Source of the DNA: Octopus sinensis
Taxonomy: Eukaryota
Direction: 5' to 3'
Length of the DNA stretch: 64,000 bases
Assembly: GCF_006345805.1 (NCBI RefSeq)
Contig: NC_043003.1
Coordinates: 85,746,001 to 85,810,000 of the forward strand
Part shown: positions 13,500 through 27,249 of the stretch, piece by piece
Layout: each line of letters begins with the position of its first letter
Numbering within the stretch: position 1 is the first letter of the stretch
Notes under the pieces: model-generated
The model's input: only the letters and a program-made list of their open reading frames with translations
Told to the model about the DNA's origin: nothing
Database searches by the model: none
Program-made: the position numbers and the translations under genes

Positions 13500-14030
13500 T
13501 GTATGATCACTTTGATCGATCTGTCAAGGTAACTGGTTCAAAAGATACTGGTGTGAAGATTCGTCTGAACATCTTTTCATTTAATCGCTCTCTATGTATC
13601 ACCTTCTTCCTTTACCAAAGCTTTATCTCAAACTTTCATAGATATTTATCTCACCTGAAATCTGACCTTCGGCATGAAGCCTCGTTCTTTCAAGTTTTAC
13701 TGTCTTTTGTTCGTATAATCTTCTCGGAATAGTTTGCTTCGTTTCCAAGGTGTTTATTCCAGTCCTCTTTTAAACATTTCAATTGGTAGCATTTCATAGA
13801 AACGTAAGATTTACATTCCAGCTTTTATCTGTCTATTTAGAATTATAGATTTTAACTTTTCTTTGACTTTGTTTCAAACTACATTATCGAGCCATGGTAT
13901 TTTCCTCATCAAAATCTAGATAGAATTTTGGACACCTTCGTTTCTCTAATCTCTTTATAATATTCGTTCAGAGTTCCTTCCAGTTTATTTCCTTTGTTGC
14001 ATTCTGCAAATTGATTCATTCACTACAACT
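13500..14030 (-). pseudogene. Possible decayed LINE ORF2 fragment
   Basis: Broken minus-strand frames include RKIPWLDNVV and charged K/E-rich runs. Weak. Confidence 0.3.
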
Positions 14031-14469
14031 TGAGGCATTAATCAAGTTGGATCCTCGCTCGCCCCATGACCGCAATATAAAGTGTTAAACATCAAATGGT
14101 CAACCTCGAAATATGAACTTAAACATTCATAATTTTAAATTAAGCCACTCCCTACAAATAAATTTATTATCGCCCTTGAAGTCTTATATTTCATTTACAA
14201 CTCGTCTTTCTTACTTCTAGACTATTTTATTGATTCACACTTCAAGGAGATGAAAATGACCGAAACAGATGTATAAGTCTGCATTAGCGTATTAATGGAA
14301 TTAATATATGCATGCATACACACGCATACATACGTACATATATTCACACACATACATACATACATACATACATACATACATACATACATAGATATACATA
14401 AATACATACATACATACATAAATACATACATACATACATACATACATACATACATACATAAATACATAT

Positions 14470-14544
<75 letters not shown>

Positions 14545-14557
14545 ATATATTAGATTA

Positions 14558-15894
14558 TTAGGTTGTTAAGAAAGTTCTTGTGGAATTTTAAATTTTGGTT
14601 TTAAATGATGTATTTTCAAATTAATTTTCGTTAAATTACTTTGACTTTATATATCATTTTAAAGCCCGTTTTTTGCTCTATCTAATCATGTTACTCTAGA
14701 ACATAGGATGAATTTGATCAGATATAATGCCTAAATTGACTATTAATTCTGCCTTGAAGCGAAACCATTGGGCCGGCGGATTCTAGAACGTTGAATACAA
14801 CATGGACAAAAATCAAATTCGCACAATTTTCTTATTCCAGTCGAAGCTAGGCCGAAAAGCTGCTGAAACAGCTCGCGATATCAACGGTGCGTTTGGCCCA
14901 GGAACCATTAAAGAACGTATAGCACAATGGGGGTTCAAGAAATTTCGTAGCGGTCACGAGAGTCTTGAAGATGATAAGCGTAGTGGTCAGCCATCGGATG
15001 TTGACAACGATCAACTAAGAGCCTTAGTCGAAGCCAATCCACGAACAACTGTTCGAGAGCTTGCTTCTGAAATAGACGTAGCGAATACGACAATTTCCAA
15101 CCACTTGAAAGAGATTGGAAAAACAAAAATATTTGAGAAATGGGTGCCGCACGAATTGAACGACAATCCCCCACCCCAAAAACCCCCGTTTTGAAGTGTC
15201 GTGTTCCCTTCTTTTATGCAACAAGAACGACCCATTTCTCGACCGGATTGTGACTTGCGATGAAAAGTGGATTCTTTACGACAACCGGCGACGCTCAGCT
15301 CAGTGGTTCGACGCCGACGAAGCTCCACGGCACTTCCCGAACCCAAAGTTGCACCAAAAGGTCATGGTGACTGGTGGTCTGAGGTCGGTCTCATCCATTA
15401 CAGCTTTTTGGATCGAGGCGAAATCATTACGGCGGAGAAGTACTGTCAGCAAATGGATGAGATGCATAAGAAACTCCGACTACAATAACCAGCATTGGTC
15501 AATAGAAAAGAACCAATTCTTCTCCACGAAAACGTTCGGCCGCACGTCACACAATTGACCCTGCAGAAGTTGAACGAATTGGGCTACGAAACTCTGTCTC
15601 ATCCGCCATACTCACCAGACCTCTTGCTGACTGACTACCACTTTTTCAAGCATCTCGACACCTTTCTGCGTGAGAAATACTTAAAAAACCAAGACGATGC
15701 CAAACACGCCTTCAACGACTTCATCGCCAACAGAACGCAGGATTTTACACTATTGGCATAAATAAACTTTCGCGTTGGCAAAAGTGTGTTGATTCTGATG
15801 GTGTTTATTTTGCTTAATAAAGTTTTGTTTAAACCGAGATATATGTATCTGAATTTAAAGGTTAAAAACCGCAAGAAGTTTCCTGACAACCTTA
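14558..15894 (+). mobile_element. Full-length defective mariner (DD34D) element
   Basis: Imperfect ~30-bp TIRs (TTAGGTTGTTAAGAAAG / CTTCCTGACAACCTTA-like) flanked by TA; 1.34 kb. Frameshifted transposase 14802-15761 with [14 protein letters not shown] and HPPYSPDLLLTDYHFF. Confidence 0.95.
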
Positions 15895-15908
15895 TATATA
15901 TATATATA

Positions 15909-15961
<53 letters not shown>

Positions 15962-16550
15962 ACATCTAATGTAGGATAAAAGTTTTTCGAAAAAACACTT
16001 TATCAATGGCCAGCATATTAAAAATACCTTTAAAGGTTACATTTATAAATAACTTATAAAATAAGGGCAAAAGAAAAATTATAATGCCAAATATGCCGAA
16101 AATAGACAAAATTGCCAATAACCATTATAATTTATGCGTCTCGAAACAAGCCGATAGAAATTTCTAAAAAATTCCGTTATTATCGTATTGGTCCCAATTT
16201 CAGAGTTAATTCATAATAATTTTCTCCTCCTCAGCGATAAATACGTAAGACATAAATGAAATACTTACTCATACTCAAGGAAAAAGCAAGTCCTGAGCAG
16301 ACCTAAGTACCCCAAATATATCCAAAATAGAAATTCTTCGGCACATCTCGAGACACGTGTGATTCGAACTAGAAACTTTCACAGAGTGAGAGATTCCAAA
16401 AGTGAACACTATTAAATTTACATCTAATGTAGGATAAAATTAATCAATAGCCCCCAGCATTATTAAAAAATACCTTTAAGGTGTAAATTTATATATATAT
16501 ATATATAGTATATATATATATATATATATATATCATATATATATATATAT

Positions 16551-16757
16551 TTTATTATATAGAAGGAGCTTCTACAGGACTAGATACTGTTTCATTCAGA
16601 GAAATCTTCAGGAAGCATGAGCTTCCTGAAGATTTCTCTTGAATGAAACAGTTCTAGTCCTGTAGAAGCTCCTTCTATATAATAAATTAATTTTACTCTG
16701 CGATGTATCGAGTACCTTATTTACTGTGGTTAACCCCGAATCAACCCGGGACCTACA
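16551..16757 (+). repeat. (TA)n-flanked fold-back element
   Basis: 16551-16685 is a hairpin with ~65-bp arms around GAAGCATGAGCTTC; the right arm extends to the next (TA)n. Confidence 0.75.
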
Positions 16758-16766
16758 CATATATAT

Positions 16767-16837
<71 letters not shown>

Positions 16838-16849
16838 ATATATATATAT

Positions 16850-17192
16850 ATAGTCAATTTAGGGTAGCAAAAAAATTCAATAGAAATTTATCGCTACCAG
16901 CGGCCTGGTGGAAAAGAGAAAATAGTCATCGACTAAATATATAAATATAACAATTTAGGAGTGACCCTAACAGGTCACTCGTCCACCAGAAAGAGCAGCC
17001 ATAACTCACACCGCCAAGTAATTAAGCTAATTTAATCATTAATGACACAGAAACGTTGCACGTCTAAAAGATGAATTAGGGTAAATGTTTTTAAATTTTC
17101 ACCTAATTTCTAATTACTACTACTTGGCGGTGTGTGAGTTATGGCTGCTCTTTCTGGTGGACGAGTGACCTGTTAGGGTCACTCCTAAATTG

Positions 17193-17197
<5 letters not shown>
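16850..17197. repeat. (TA)n-flanked inverted repeat
   Basis: 75-bp arms 16946-17020 and 17121-17197 (one CA indel) around a 100-bp spacer; the left side extends to (TA)n at 16850. Confidence 0.8.
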
Positions 17198-17228
<31 letters not shown>

Positions 17229-17233
17229 CATAC

Positions 17234-17264
<31 letters not shown>

Positions 17265-17279
17265 ATATATATATATATA

Positions 17280-17348
<69 letters not shown>

Positions 17349-17543
17349 TATTTTCCCTTGTTAACAATTAACATGGAAAAAATAGATAAATAGTTACCAG
17401 GGTAGGTAGCAAAAATCACACAAGTAAAAAGGTTGTAACTTCTTGTTTTTAAAGGTAGAAACTTCGGGTTTACGTGAAATATTTTGTATAATATATATAA
17501 ATAAATAAATGGAGTTAAACACAGGTGTTATACAAATTCTTTT

Positions 17544-17630
17544 ACTTCCGACACGTTTCGAAGATATCACTGGTATTATTCCAAAGGAATATATTGGTGT
17601 AAAACAATGTAATCTTCTCTTCAGGGAAAT
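17544..17630 (-). ncRNA. Type I hammerhead ribozyme
   Basis: Minus strand: ATTTCC - CTGAAGA - GAAGAT...ATCTTC - GAAAC GT GTC - GGAAGT. Stem I is 6 bp (one G-U), the stem II base is 6 bp, and the core is intact. Confidence 0.85.
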
Positions 17631-17659
17631 AAAGATTACATTGTTTTACACCATTTTAT

Positions 17660-18025
17660 TCTTTGTGGAACAAGGGTCCTATCTTGCAGCGTACTGAGGC
17701 TGTTTCTTTCGCGTAATGAAAGAAGGCTTTGGGTTTGACTAAAATGTTTTTTATAACACAGGCTTCTTTATCTGCTCCCTCCCTCACATAGGATTGTTGC
17801 AGCCTTTTTCAATCTCAACCAGTGTTGCTTTTCGGCGGTACCTTTCGCTACTTTTGGGATGTTGGTTGAGTCGATTTGCAACCTTCGTCCGTTGTCACAT
17901 GAGGATCTTCCTCTCCATTGGAATCTTGTTCCTATTTGTTTTGGCCTTGTCCTATGGGACATATTTCTGGCATATGGCTTGCACAACAGACCTGAAGCAT
18001 TCTAGTTTCATGCCAATGTCTGGTG
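17660..18025 (-). mobile_element. CR1/Jockey-like LINE ORF2 linker fragment
   Basis: Broken frames give NKIPMERKILM and KPKAFFHYAKETASVRCKIGPL, typical of the region between APE and RT. Confidence 0.65.
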
Positions 18026-18057
18026 TGGAGAGACATATACATACATACATACATACA

Positions 18058-18093
<36 letters not shown>

Positions 18094-18106
18094 TATACAT
18101 ACATAC

Positions 18107-18139
<33 letters not shown>

Positions 18140-18200
18140 ACATAGATACATACATAACATACATATAGACATACATGCATACATACATACATACATACCA

Positions 18201-18319
<119 letters not shown>

Positions 18320-18327
18320 ATATATAT

Positions 18328-18620
18328 AGTAATTAAGGGTTTAGCAACGATTTGTTCACCACACACACCGAATTTAGAAATAGCAGTCAAGAGTTATGGC
18401 TATTCTTTCTACTTAAAAGGATCTCCCTTTTAAGTAGAAAGAATAGCCATTACTCTTTGACTGCTATTTCTAAATTCGGTGTGTGGTGAGGCAAATCGTT
18501 GCTAAACCCTTAATTACTTAGTATACTTAAACCTTCCTTGAATGGGGCTTTTACATGCCGAATCTACTTGGTGAAATTAATGATTCAAATTTAATTAATT
18601 CATTTCACCCTATGTTATTA
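18328..18620 (+). repeat. (TA)n-flanked fold-back element, family P1
   Basis: 18328-18518 is a palindrome with ~92-bp arms centred on AAAAGG ATCTC CCTTTT. The long arm is homologous to 465-660. Confidence 0.8.
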
Positions 18621-18750
18621 GTGATAATATAATATATATATATGACACACACACATATTATATATATATAAACGTGTATAACGTATATGTATGAGTAATT
18701 TATTGATAAACACAGGTTTATAATGCATATACACACATATGATATATATA

Positions 18751-18796
<46 letters not shown>

Positions 18797-18799
<3 letters not shown>

Positions 18800-19024
18800 A
18801 TTTTGCGGATAAACAATTAGATATATTAAATATAACAGTTTGAGTATGATAAAAACAAAATATGTATATATGTATACATGCAAAATGAGAGAAAACAATA
18901 TTCATCGTCTGAGTCTCCACCTTTTGCGTTCTCTCATTTTGAATATATACATATTCACATATTTTGTATTTCATAATCAAAATGTTATATTTAATTTATC
19001 GAATTTGTTTATCCGCATAATTGC
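18797..19024. repeat. Diverged fold-back repeat
   Basis: GCAATTTTGCGGATAAACAATT... pairs with ...TTTGTTTATCCGCATAATTGC; ~100-bp arms at roughly 80% identity by eye. Confidence 0.7.
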
Positions 19025-19189
19025 TTCCACATCTACTTAACTTAATCCCTCTTATATCCATTCCTACCCCGTGGAATTGATCCCTTGTAAAGACATCGGA
19101 ATCTAAGTTTGAGTGATATGAGCACTACTTTTTGAGAATCTCTGGATCTCACCTGTCGACTATATACGTATATATATATATATATATAT

Positions 19190-19570
19190 ATAGCAATTAA
19201 GGACAACTACTTAATAAGGAAAACTTAACAAGAAATTGTCAGGTAGATAGCGTGAAAACCTCATAAGAGAAAAAATTTCGAAAATAATTATTTCTTATTG
19301 AACATATTAATTTATATATAGAGGGCATTATACATACATGCCAGAAGGCATTATACATAAATGCCACACGCTAAGAGGGACATTAGTCATTTCTACCAAA
19401 AATATACTAATCCCACCGAATGCAATTTTTCAAAGTAATGTCTTACTTTGAAAAATTGCATTCGGTGGGATTAGTAATATTTTTGGTAGAAATGACTAAT
19501 TGTCCCTCTTAGCGTGTGGCATTTATGTATAATGCCTTCTGGCATGTATGTATAATGCCCTCTATATATA
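19190..19570 (-). repeat. (TA)n-flanked fold-back element, family P2
   Basis: 19314-19570 is a palindrome centred on AAAGTAATGTCTTACTTT. Homologous to, but diverged from, 12425-12810. Confidence 0.8.
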
Positions 19571-19652
19571 AATTATATATATATATATATAATATACACA
19601 CACACATAGCAAATAAAAGACAGAAGATGGAATATACGAGAATTTATTGTTA

Positions 19653-19756
19653 ACCACGGCAATTGTTTCGACACATCTAGCATCGATTCCTTTTGGGTGA
19701 GACACTCACAACTGTTCAGGAGCATCCGGTGGTGCAGCTCTATCTCGTCGGGTGAT
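19653..19756 (-). ncRNA. Decayed type I hammerhead (U4C, U16.1C)
   Basis: ATCAC - CCGACGA - GATA...TGTC - GAAAC AATT GCC - GTGGT. All three stems pair; two core T>C changes. Confidence 0.55.
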
Positions 19757-21589
19757 AAATAAATACAACTCTTTAAAATGACTGTTCCGCAATATATATA
19801 TATATATATTCTATCTATATATCTATTATATATATATTATATATATAATATATATAATATATATTATATATTATATATATATTATATATATGTATATAAC
19901 TTAGAGAAAAATCTCTATTAAACAATTGAATAATGTTTATACTATTTACTATTTATTGTTTATGTACTTTATTGATTTTTAGAATAAGGTTTTTATAATA
20001 TATGTTTTCTATATGGTGTGAATAACATCTTTTATTATTGAATTGCTTAATAGAGGTTTTTCTCTAAATTATATGCATGTATTATATATTGTGAAATTTG
20101 ATTTAAAATTGCTAAATTGAATTTTTCCCTGTAAGTTTTGGAATTATATTCCCTACTATTACATATATATATATATTATATAAGTGAATTTTCTTGTCCT
20201 GTCCCTGTACAATGGACGATATAAGTAAAGAATGATCATCAACTATAATCAAACTATCAACCGTTATGCACTCTAGTTCGGACAACTTTTTTGTCAAAAT
20301 GAACGATAAAGTTTTATATGAATTCTTCCTTGCATTCACCTTGAAGAACACCATAACATCACCTGCAAATCAAGATGGTGATGACAATTTTTCATTGCAT
20401 TTGAAGACGATGGTCGTGTTTCTTAGTTTCAATGTGTTACAAATAGCCTAGTTGGTTCCAAACCTGATTAAAAGGGAAGGACTCAAGAAAATGTTTGCTT
20501 ATAACTTCACATAGTTCTTTGCCATATTTGGTATGCTTTCTTTAATACGTTCCAATCGTGGCTCTTTTCGAAGCAACTAGCCACAACAATATCTTCATGA
20601 AGAAAACACTGCTTCCAATAGTACAAGTGCAAACGATCCTACAAATGTCAACTGCCAAACTCAACGCAATCTCTTCGTTACTGAAATCAAAAGGCCTGCA
20701 AACCAGTGAATGGAAGATTATTCTATTTGATGTGTCCTACTCCGGCATATCTTTATGGTGCACAATATCTAATGTAACTCACCAACGAAAGTTGACTTGC
20801 AGCACATCGTTGCCAAAGAGATTAACTTACCCATAAAGGCGCAAATGCGATATCACAATCACCATACAAAACACGATGTTTTTGTTGATAAATTTGATCT
20901 GCCAGAAACAGCGCACAATATGCTCATGTTTGATTTCTCTGGGGCATATAATCGAGAGTACGATATCTAGCTACTTCTACTGGATTCGTCGAGAGTATAC
21001 CATATAGCTAATTTTCGTGGATATTAGCTACTTCTATTGAATCTGTAATAAGTACATCTATCTATCTTTATTAGATCTGTCGATAATTTTTCCAAGCTTC
21101 GAGGATCAACAAATTCCTTTATTCGATCAATCGCTAAACCTTCGCAAATCCCTGTCGGATCAATAAAGTTGAAGAGCGTTTACGAATTCCAGCAAAGAGT
21201 ATATCCTTAGAAACTCAGTAAACATGACACTTAGTTCAGCTGTACATTTATTCAACCTGATGTATCAAAAAATATCTAGCTTGTCTATTACTGTTGTATC
21301 TCTTTATGATCAGACCTGATAATTTCTAAAGTTTCTTTTATTCCTTATTATTTCTCATCTTTTGTTGGTTTCAAACGCTAAGTGCTACGTTTCTTCACTT
21401 TTCCATTCAAACTTATTAGCTTATTGTTCTATTCTTTTTTCAGCCTTTACTGTACATACTGTACAGTAATATAGCTTTTCATAAAAGGTTTACTTCTTGA
21501 TAGTACAAATGCTTGTTCCCCTGAATAATTTCATATCATACATTCAAAATATAGTATAGAATCAATGGGTTTGAAACGTTTCGGTTGAG

Positions 21590-22740
21590 AGGTAGATTTT
21601 CACAAGAGTATATTGCCGATAACTTCAAAATTGAAGAACGGCTTTAATGGCCTGGAAAGAATCAAAGGAAACTAAGAGTAGAACGTTATCAAAGCTTGAA
21701 GGCTTGATGGATTAAATGGGCGTACTGATAGTTATGTTGTACCACTAGCTCCCTTCAGTGGGGATCCCAGATTCTAAAAAAACCTTTATGGTATCCGATG
21801 AGCATTGCTCGCAGGAAGCCAAATAAATTCATTGTAATACCTTATATTCAGCTGTAAGCTAAATTGTCCTGAAATTATTGTAGAGCTTATGATTAATTAA
21901 AAAGCCAAATATTTATATTTGCTCTTCAGAATATTCAATTTGAAACTAAAAGAGTTGCCAAAAGTCAATATGAAGAATGGACTTGGATAAGTTGCTTATT
22001 CAGATGATTTCCAGAAGAGAAGTATTCCACACATACTTAAGCTATAATTTTGGAATAACAAGATAAACCTTACGCAGCAGAAGATATCGATATGTTTGTC
22101 ACTGTAGAGTTTCCATAGAATAATGATGTGTCTTTAGAAAACATTTTGCGGAGTAATTTGCTCGATCAATGCAATAATTGCTGTCTTAAAAGAAGATATA
22201 GGGTGCTTATTGAATATAAATGCTCAGTATTATTGAATATAAGGAAATATATTAGGATTAGCCAGTTCTCACTGTTGCATGTAAAAAAGTAGGTCATTAT
22301 TCTATAACAGTCTTCTATTCATCTTTCTATATTAGAATATATATCGACAGGGATTCTGTTTGCAGGTGAGCAAGTAGAATTTCGTTCGTCGTTACATTCT
22401 GAGTTCAAATTCTACCAAGATCGACTTTGCCTGTCATCCTTTCAGGGTCGATAAAATAAATACTAGTTGAGCTCTGAGGTCGATGTAATGAACTTAATCC
22501 CTCCTCTGAAATTGCTGTCTTTGTTCAAAATTTGAAACTAATATTTATGTCAACAGAAAACTAGCAAAATAATTCGAGACTGGTTTCATCTGCTGAAATG
22601 AAGCATCATGAATGTTAAGTATGTATGTGAAACTATTGGCAGCACATATCGAAACCTTTTGCAAAATGATTTAAAGTTTGGTGGCAACATCATGGTGTTT
22701 CTTAGCGATTTTCGACAACCAGAGAAATCTGGAACACATT
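21590..22740 (+). pseudogene. Helitron Rep/PIF1-helicase relic
   Basis: Broken frames give QEYIADNFKIEERL, NQRKLRVERYQSL, APFSGDPRF, DFQKRSIPHI (Rep motif 2, ~22009), EDIDMFVTVEFP and KFGGNIMVFLSDFRQ (helicase). Confidence 0.8.
22360..22545 (+). mobile_element. SINE family A inside the Helitron relic
   Basis: ttacattctgagttcaaattctaccaagatcgactttgcc...tcgataaaataaatactagttgag. Confidence 0.7.
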
Positions 22741-23534
22741 AAAAATGCTGTTACAAAATAAAAAAAAAAGAAACAGTGACAAATGCTTTTCTCTTTCGTG
22801 TTGGTGAAATGATGGAATAACTAGGCTCCAATGAGAGTATTGAGTTTCCAAAAAGGCATTGAAGTTCTATTGAATGAATACGAAATGAGAAATCAAGTTT
22901 TTTGTTTGCCCGTTCGATCTTGCAAACTTCTGGCTTGCGAGAGACCCTTACAAATTCTGTTATTAATTCTATATAGGGAAATGAAGGAAATAATTACCCA
23001 GTTGAGTTCTTTAGCAACAGTAATCTGGTGGAGCACGAAACAAAATAATCATCTTTGTATCATAACATAATCATGTCGTTGACAGGAAAGACATTACGAT
23101 TTTCGTTCGAGATGAAATCTATTATAGATGTGCTACGTTAAAACCACAATACATACATATACACACAGAGACACAGACATACCTATATATATATCAGAGG
23201 GAGAGAGAGAATCCTTCCGGTTATGCTGCTAGTGAGAACGTTAGGTGGATTTCGGTCCTCTTTGGTCTTGTCAATGACATAAAAGCATGGCAGTCACATA
23301 CCGAGACGAAATCTTTCACCTCACATATAGAAATCAATGAATAATACATGCACTGACATTGTGAATAGAAGACAGACTGCATGTAAATCCATGAAGCCGT
23401 ATTAAATTAAAATAGTTATTCGTGTATCATACTTAACGTACATACACATTAGGCAGGACACTGCAGTTTTCATCTGAAATAAAGGTTCTTACAGACGTGC
23501 AGTGTTAATAATACATATCTCTTATGTGTTAAAA

Positions 23535-23704
23535 TAGACGTAGGAGTGGCTGTGTGATAAGTAGCTTGCTTACGAACCACATGGTTCCGGGTTCAGTCCC
23601 ACTGCGTGGCACCTTGGGTAAGAAGTGTCTTCTACTATAACCTCGGGCCGACCAAAGCTTTGTGAGTGGATTTGGTAGACTGAAACTGAAAAAAGCCTGT
23701 CGTA

Positions 23705-23798
<94 letters not shown>

Positions 23799-24018
23799 GT
23801 ATGTGTGTATATATGTTTTTGTGTCTGTATTTGTCCCCCCCAACATCACTTGACAACCGATGCTGGTGTGTTTATGCCCCCGTAACTTAGCGGTTCGGCA
23901 AAAGAGACCGACAGAATAAGTACTAGGCTTACAAAGAATAAGTCCTGGGGTCGATTTGCTCGACTAAAGGCGGTGCTCCAGCATGGCCACAGTCAAATGA
24001 CTGAAACAAGTAAAAAAA
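23535..24018 (+). mobile_element. SINE family B with internal (TA)n
   Basis: taggagtggctgtgtgataagtagcttgc tRNA-like head, central microsatellite and ggcggtgctccagcatggccacagtcaaatgactgaaacaag tail. Confidence 0.85.
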
Positions 24019-24109
24019 GGGCTTTACCAATGAGAAAACAAACACCTATGCCAGGGATGAAAACTGAGGGTTCCTTCCATAACTAGAATAAGATTAATTT
24101 TAAATTGTA

Positions 24110-26030
24110 TTGGGTGACCACATTTGACAGCAGTAGTCCTCCACAGAACCAACATAGTTTCCTGGTCCCTAGTGCTGGAGGTTCTCAGAATCCATCCGAA
24201 TATTCGCATGCACATTGCCGCCATCTTGGTGATATGTACGTGAAAGGGCGCATCGTTGCTCATATCAATTCCCAGATCAAGCACTGTACGTGACTCTGGG
24301 ATTGCTGCTCCATTTGGTCCAAAATATCGTTGTTGAACCTTGTGAGCACCAATTATCTGGTAGCGGAGGGATTCGAATTTACCCGCATTAAATTGCATAT
24401 CGTTTTCTTCAGCTCATGTATATATGGCACCTAAGTCTTTCTGTAGAAGATTAGGATTAGAAGGTTCTTTGACTGCTTGTACTGCTTTTGTGTCTAGTAA
24501 GTGTGGCTGTACCACGAACTGTAGCGGCCCCAGTACAGCTCCCTGAGGCACTCCACTCTCCTTGGAGAGTGCTCTATTCGCTGGCACAGCCTGGCTTCTG
24601 TATTTTAGGAAGTCATGCAATCAATCTCCCAGTTTTCCGACTATACTAATTTTCCCATGATCAACCTTATCAAAAACCTTCGCGAAATCAAGATATATCA
24701 GATCCGCGTTTGAACTATTCATTAATTGTTTCAACACCCAGTCATAATGCTGCAAAAGTTGTGTAAGAAAGCTTCTTCCTGAGCCGAAATCATACTGAGT
24801 GTCAGGGAGTCATTATCTTCAATGAACGCAATCAGCTTCCTCCTGAAAATGCGCTCCATGATTTTGCTGACATGGGAGGTTAGAGAGACAGGTGTACAAC
24901 TTGTAGCTCTGTCTGCTACCTCTATTATCGATAGGAATATTATGAGTTTCTTTAACTTTTGAGAAGTCTCCTAGTTGCGAGGAAGCTCTGGAAGAAAATC
25001 TGTAGAGGTATTGCTAGAGCCCCTTTGTATTTCTTTAGGAGGATCGCTGAGAATCCGCCAGGGCCAGATTGAGCTAATTTTACCAATGGCTGATATTACA
25101 TCAGTTTCCTCTATTTTGATGTTATCAATAATTGCCGTTTCTTTTTGTAGAGCTGTGGTGCCGAAGAACTCAACGGGCATAGCTACTTTTAAGTGCCCTA
25201 CTGAGGTGTGAAAACACTTTTGTATTGCACATTCAATATTTCATTAATCTTCCGTGGGGTCTGCACAGTGGCCGTATTGAAGCAGACTCTTTTGCACATC
25301 TAAAGAAGACTTTAGGGTTTGTCTTAATATTTCTGACAGCCCTGGTTTCTTTTTTCTGCCCTTTCCTTTTCATGGGTGTACTTGAGTGCCTTTTCGATCT
25401 CAACCATTTAGACGGTTTGATATTTTTGCTCGTCGTCTCATTAGAATCCTCTTATCCCTGGGAATTATATTTTACTGTTGGTTTGGCATTCTCTCTGGGG
25501 CATACTGCGTACGTCGTGCATGATTGTCACAAAGTGCTGCAGCTTTATGTCAATATCTTGCGTAGAGAGACTGGTAGACCAGTTTTGTTTTATGACCTCT
25601 TTCTCAATACCCTTCCAATCAGCTTTTAGTATGTTCAAGCTGGTGGGGAGTAGCTTCCTGCGGACCATACATTGTTAGTTGTATTAAGTTATGATCCGAG
25701 AAGATCGCTGGTGACACCTTAACATTGTGGATGAGGGTCGCGTTATTTGTGAAGCAGAGGTCCAGGACATTTACCCTCTTGTAGGGTGGAGCACCATTTG
25801 CTCCATGAAGAACATGTTTGTGAGGGCGAGCAAAGACTCTACTTTGCCTCTGTTCATGCAGTGACATATCTTGGAGAAGGCGGCCCTCAGGTCACTCGAC
25901 ATTAGGGAGATTGAAGTCCCTAGAAGTAAGTGCAGGATATCATCCAGGTTGGTTAATATTGCTTTCATTTTTTGGAGACACATATAGGGTGTAGGTAGTG
26001 GTCACTGTTCTGATATATGTAGAGGTGGCA
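24110..26030 (-). mobile_element. Decayed CR1/Jockey-like LINE (APE + RT)
   Basis: GDFNLP and NVLDLCFTN...FSDHNLI (APE); YLDFAKVFDKVDH, GVPQGAVLGP and MQFNAGKF...DLGIDMS (RT). Many stops and deletions. Confidence 0.9.
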
Positions 26031-26035
26031 GATGT

Positions 26036-26084
<49 letters not shown>

Positions 26085-26087
<3 letters not shown>

Positions 26088-26620
26088 GGTGTCCCCCAAA
26101 AATGTATACACAGACTGCAACAGTCTGTCATGCCAAGCATTAGAGAGGACTTTGAACAGGAAGAGTTTTATTTCCAGCAAGATGGGGCACCTCCACACTA
26201 CCATCGCGATGTTAGATCCTTTCTTGATGGGATCTTGCCAAACAGGTGGATTGGACGGAGAGGTTTTGTCGAATACCCTCCACGTTCACCAGACCTCACA
26301 CCACTAGACTTCTTTTTATGGGGATACATAAAGGACAAAGTCTACGCACAGAAACCTGCAACAGTCGTTCAATTGAGGGCAACCATTGAACATGAATGTA
26401 CGAATATCCCAAGGGAATTGTTCCATGATGTGTGCCATTCCATCGCTTCGCGTTGTCAACAGTGTCTGGAGCAGAACGGACATCAGTTTGAGAACATGCG
26501 ATAACAAGACAATAGAATGATATTTGTAAATTCTTTTACATGTTGAAAATTATTCGAATTATAATAAACCCCAAATTTACAATTATTTAAGGTGTGTATA
26601 CATGTTTTTGGGACACCTTG
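26085..26620 (+). mobile_element. Internally deleted Tc1/mariner element (rosa/DD41D- or Tc3-like) in (TA)n
   Basis: TIRs CAGGGTGTCCCCCAAAAATGTATACAC / GTGTATACATGTTTTTGGGACACCTTG. Intact C-terminal frame FQQDGAPPHY...PPRSPDLTPLDFFLWGYIKDKVY. Confidence 0.9.
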
Positions 26621-26679
<59 letters not shown>

Positions 26680-26794
26680 GGCCTGCTCGCTAAGCCAGCG
26701 GGGTGGCGTCATTCGAAGGCTAAAACAATGCGAACGCATTGTGACCAGCGATGTGTAACTACATCTGATGGACTGGTCGGTCACGTGGTCACGA

Positions 26795-26851
<57 letters not shown>

Positions 26852-26925
26852 CGTTTTTCGATTTGATTTTGGTTTGCGAGATTCTTTATGTGAGTTTGTG
26901 TGTTGAAGCATATTTTATTATTTAC

Positions 26926-26956
<31 letters not shown>

Positions 26957-27249
26957 TGAATGTATGTTTGTTTACCCATCTTTATACACATTTTAAAATT
27001 AATCTTTTTCTATTTATAGGAAGAGCGCTTGGTTTTCATTCCCCGCGTAGGTGTTTGCTTTCTCATTGGTAATGCTTTTTCCTATATAAGCATAAATGTA
27101 ATTCTTTCTCAAATAAAGCCGTAAGGTGTAACTCAGGCACTCAACTATGTGTCCTCTGCAGCTTATAACGGAAACAGCCTTGAGCTAATGAAGTTCATAA
27201 GATAATTGTCTATTCGTTTATTTCTTAATCATCTCATTTTCTTATATGA

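Noticed and set aside
16130-16240. CTGAGGA...GAGAC hammerhead-like motif on the minus strand
   Set aside because: GAAA is altered and stems I and III do not pair in register.
16621-16660. CTGAAGA...GAAACAG in the 16.6-kb hairpin
   Set aside because: Spacing is suggestive, but there is no valid stem I and the stem II closing pair is U-U.
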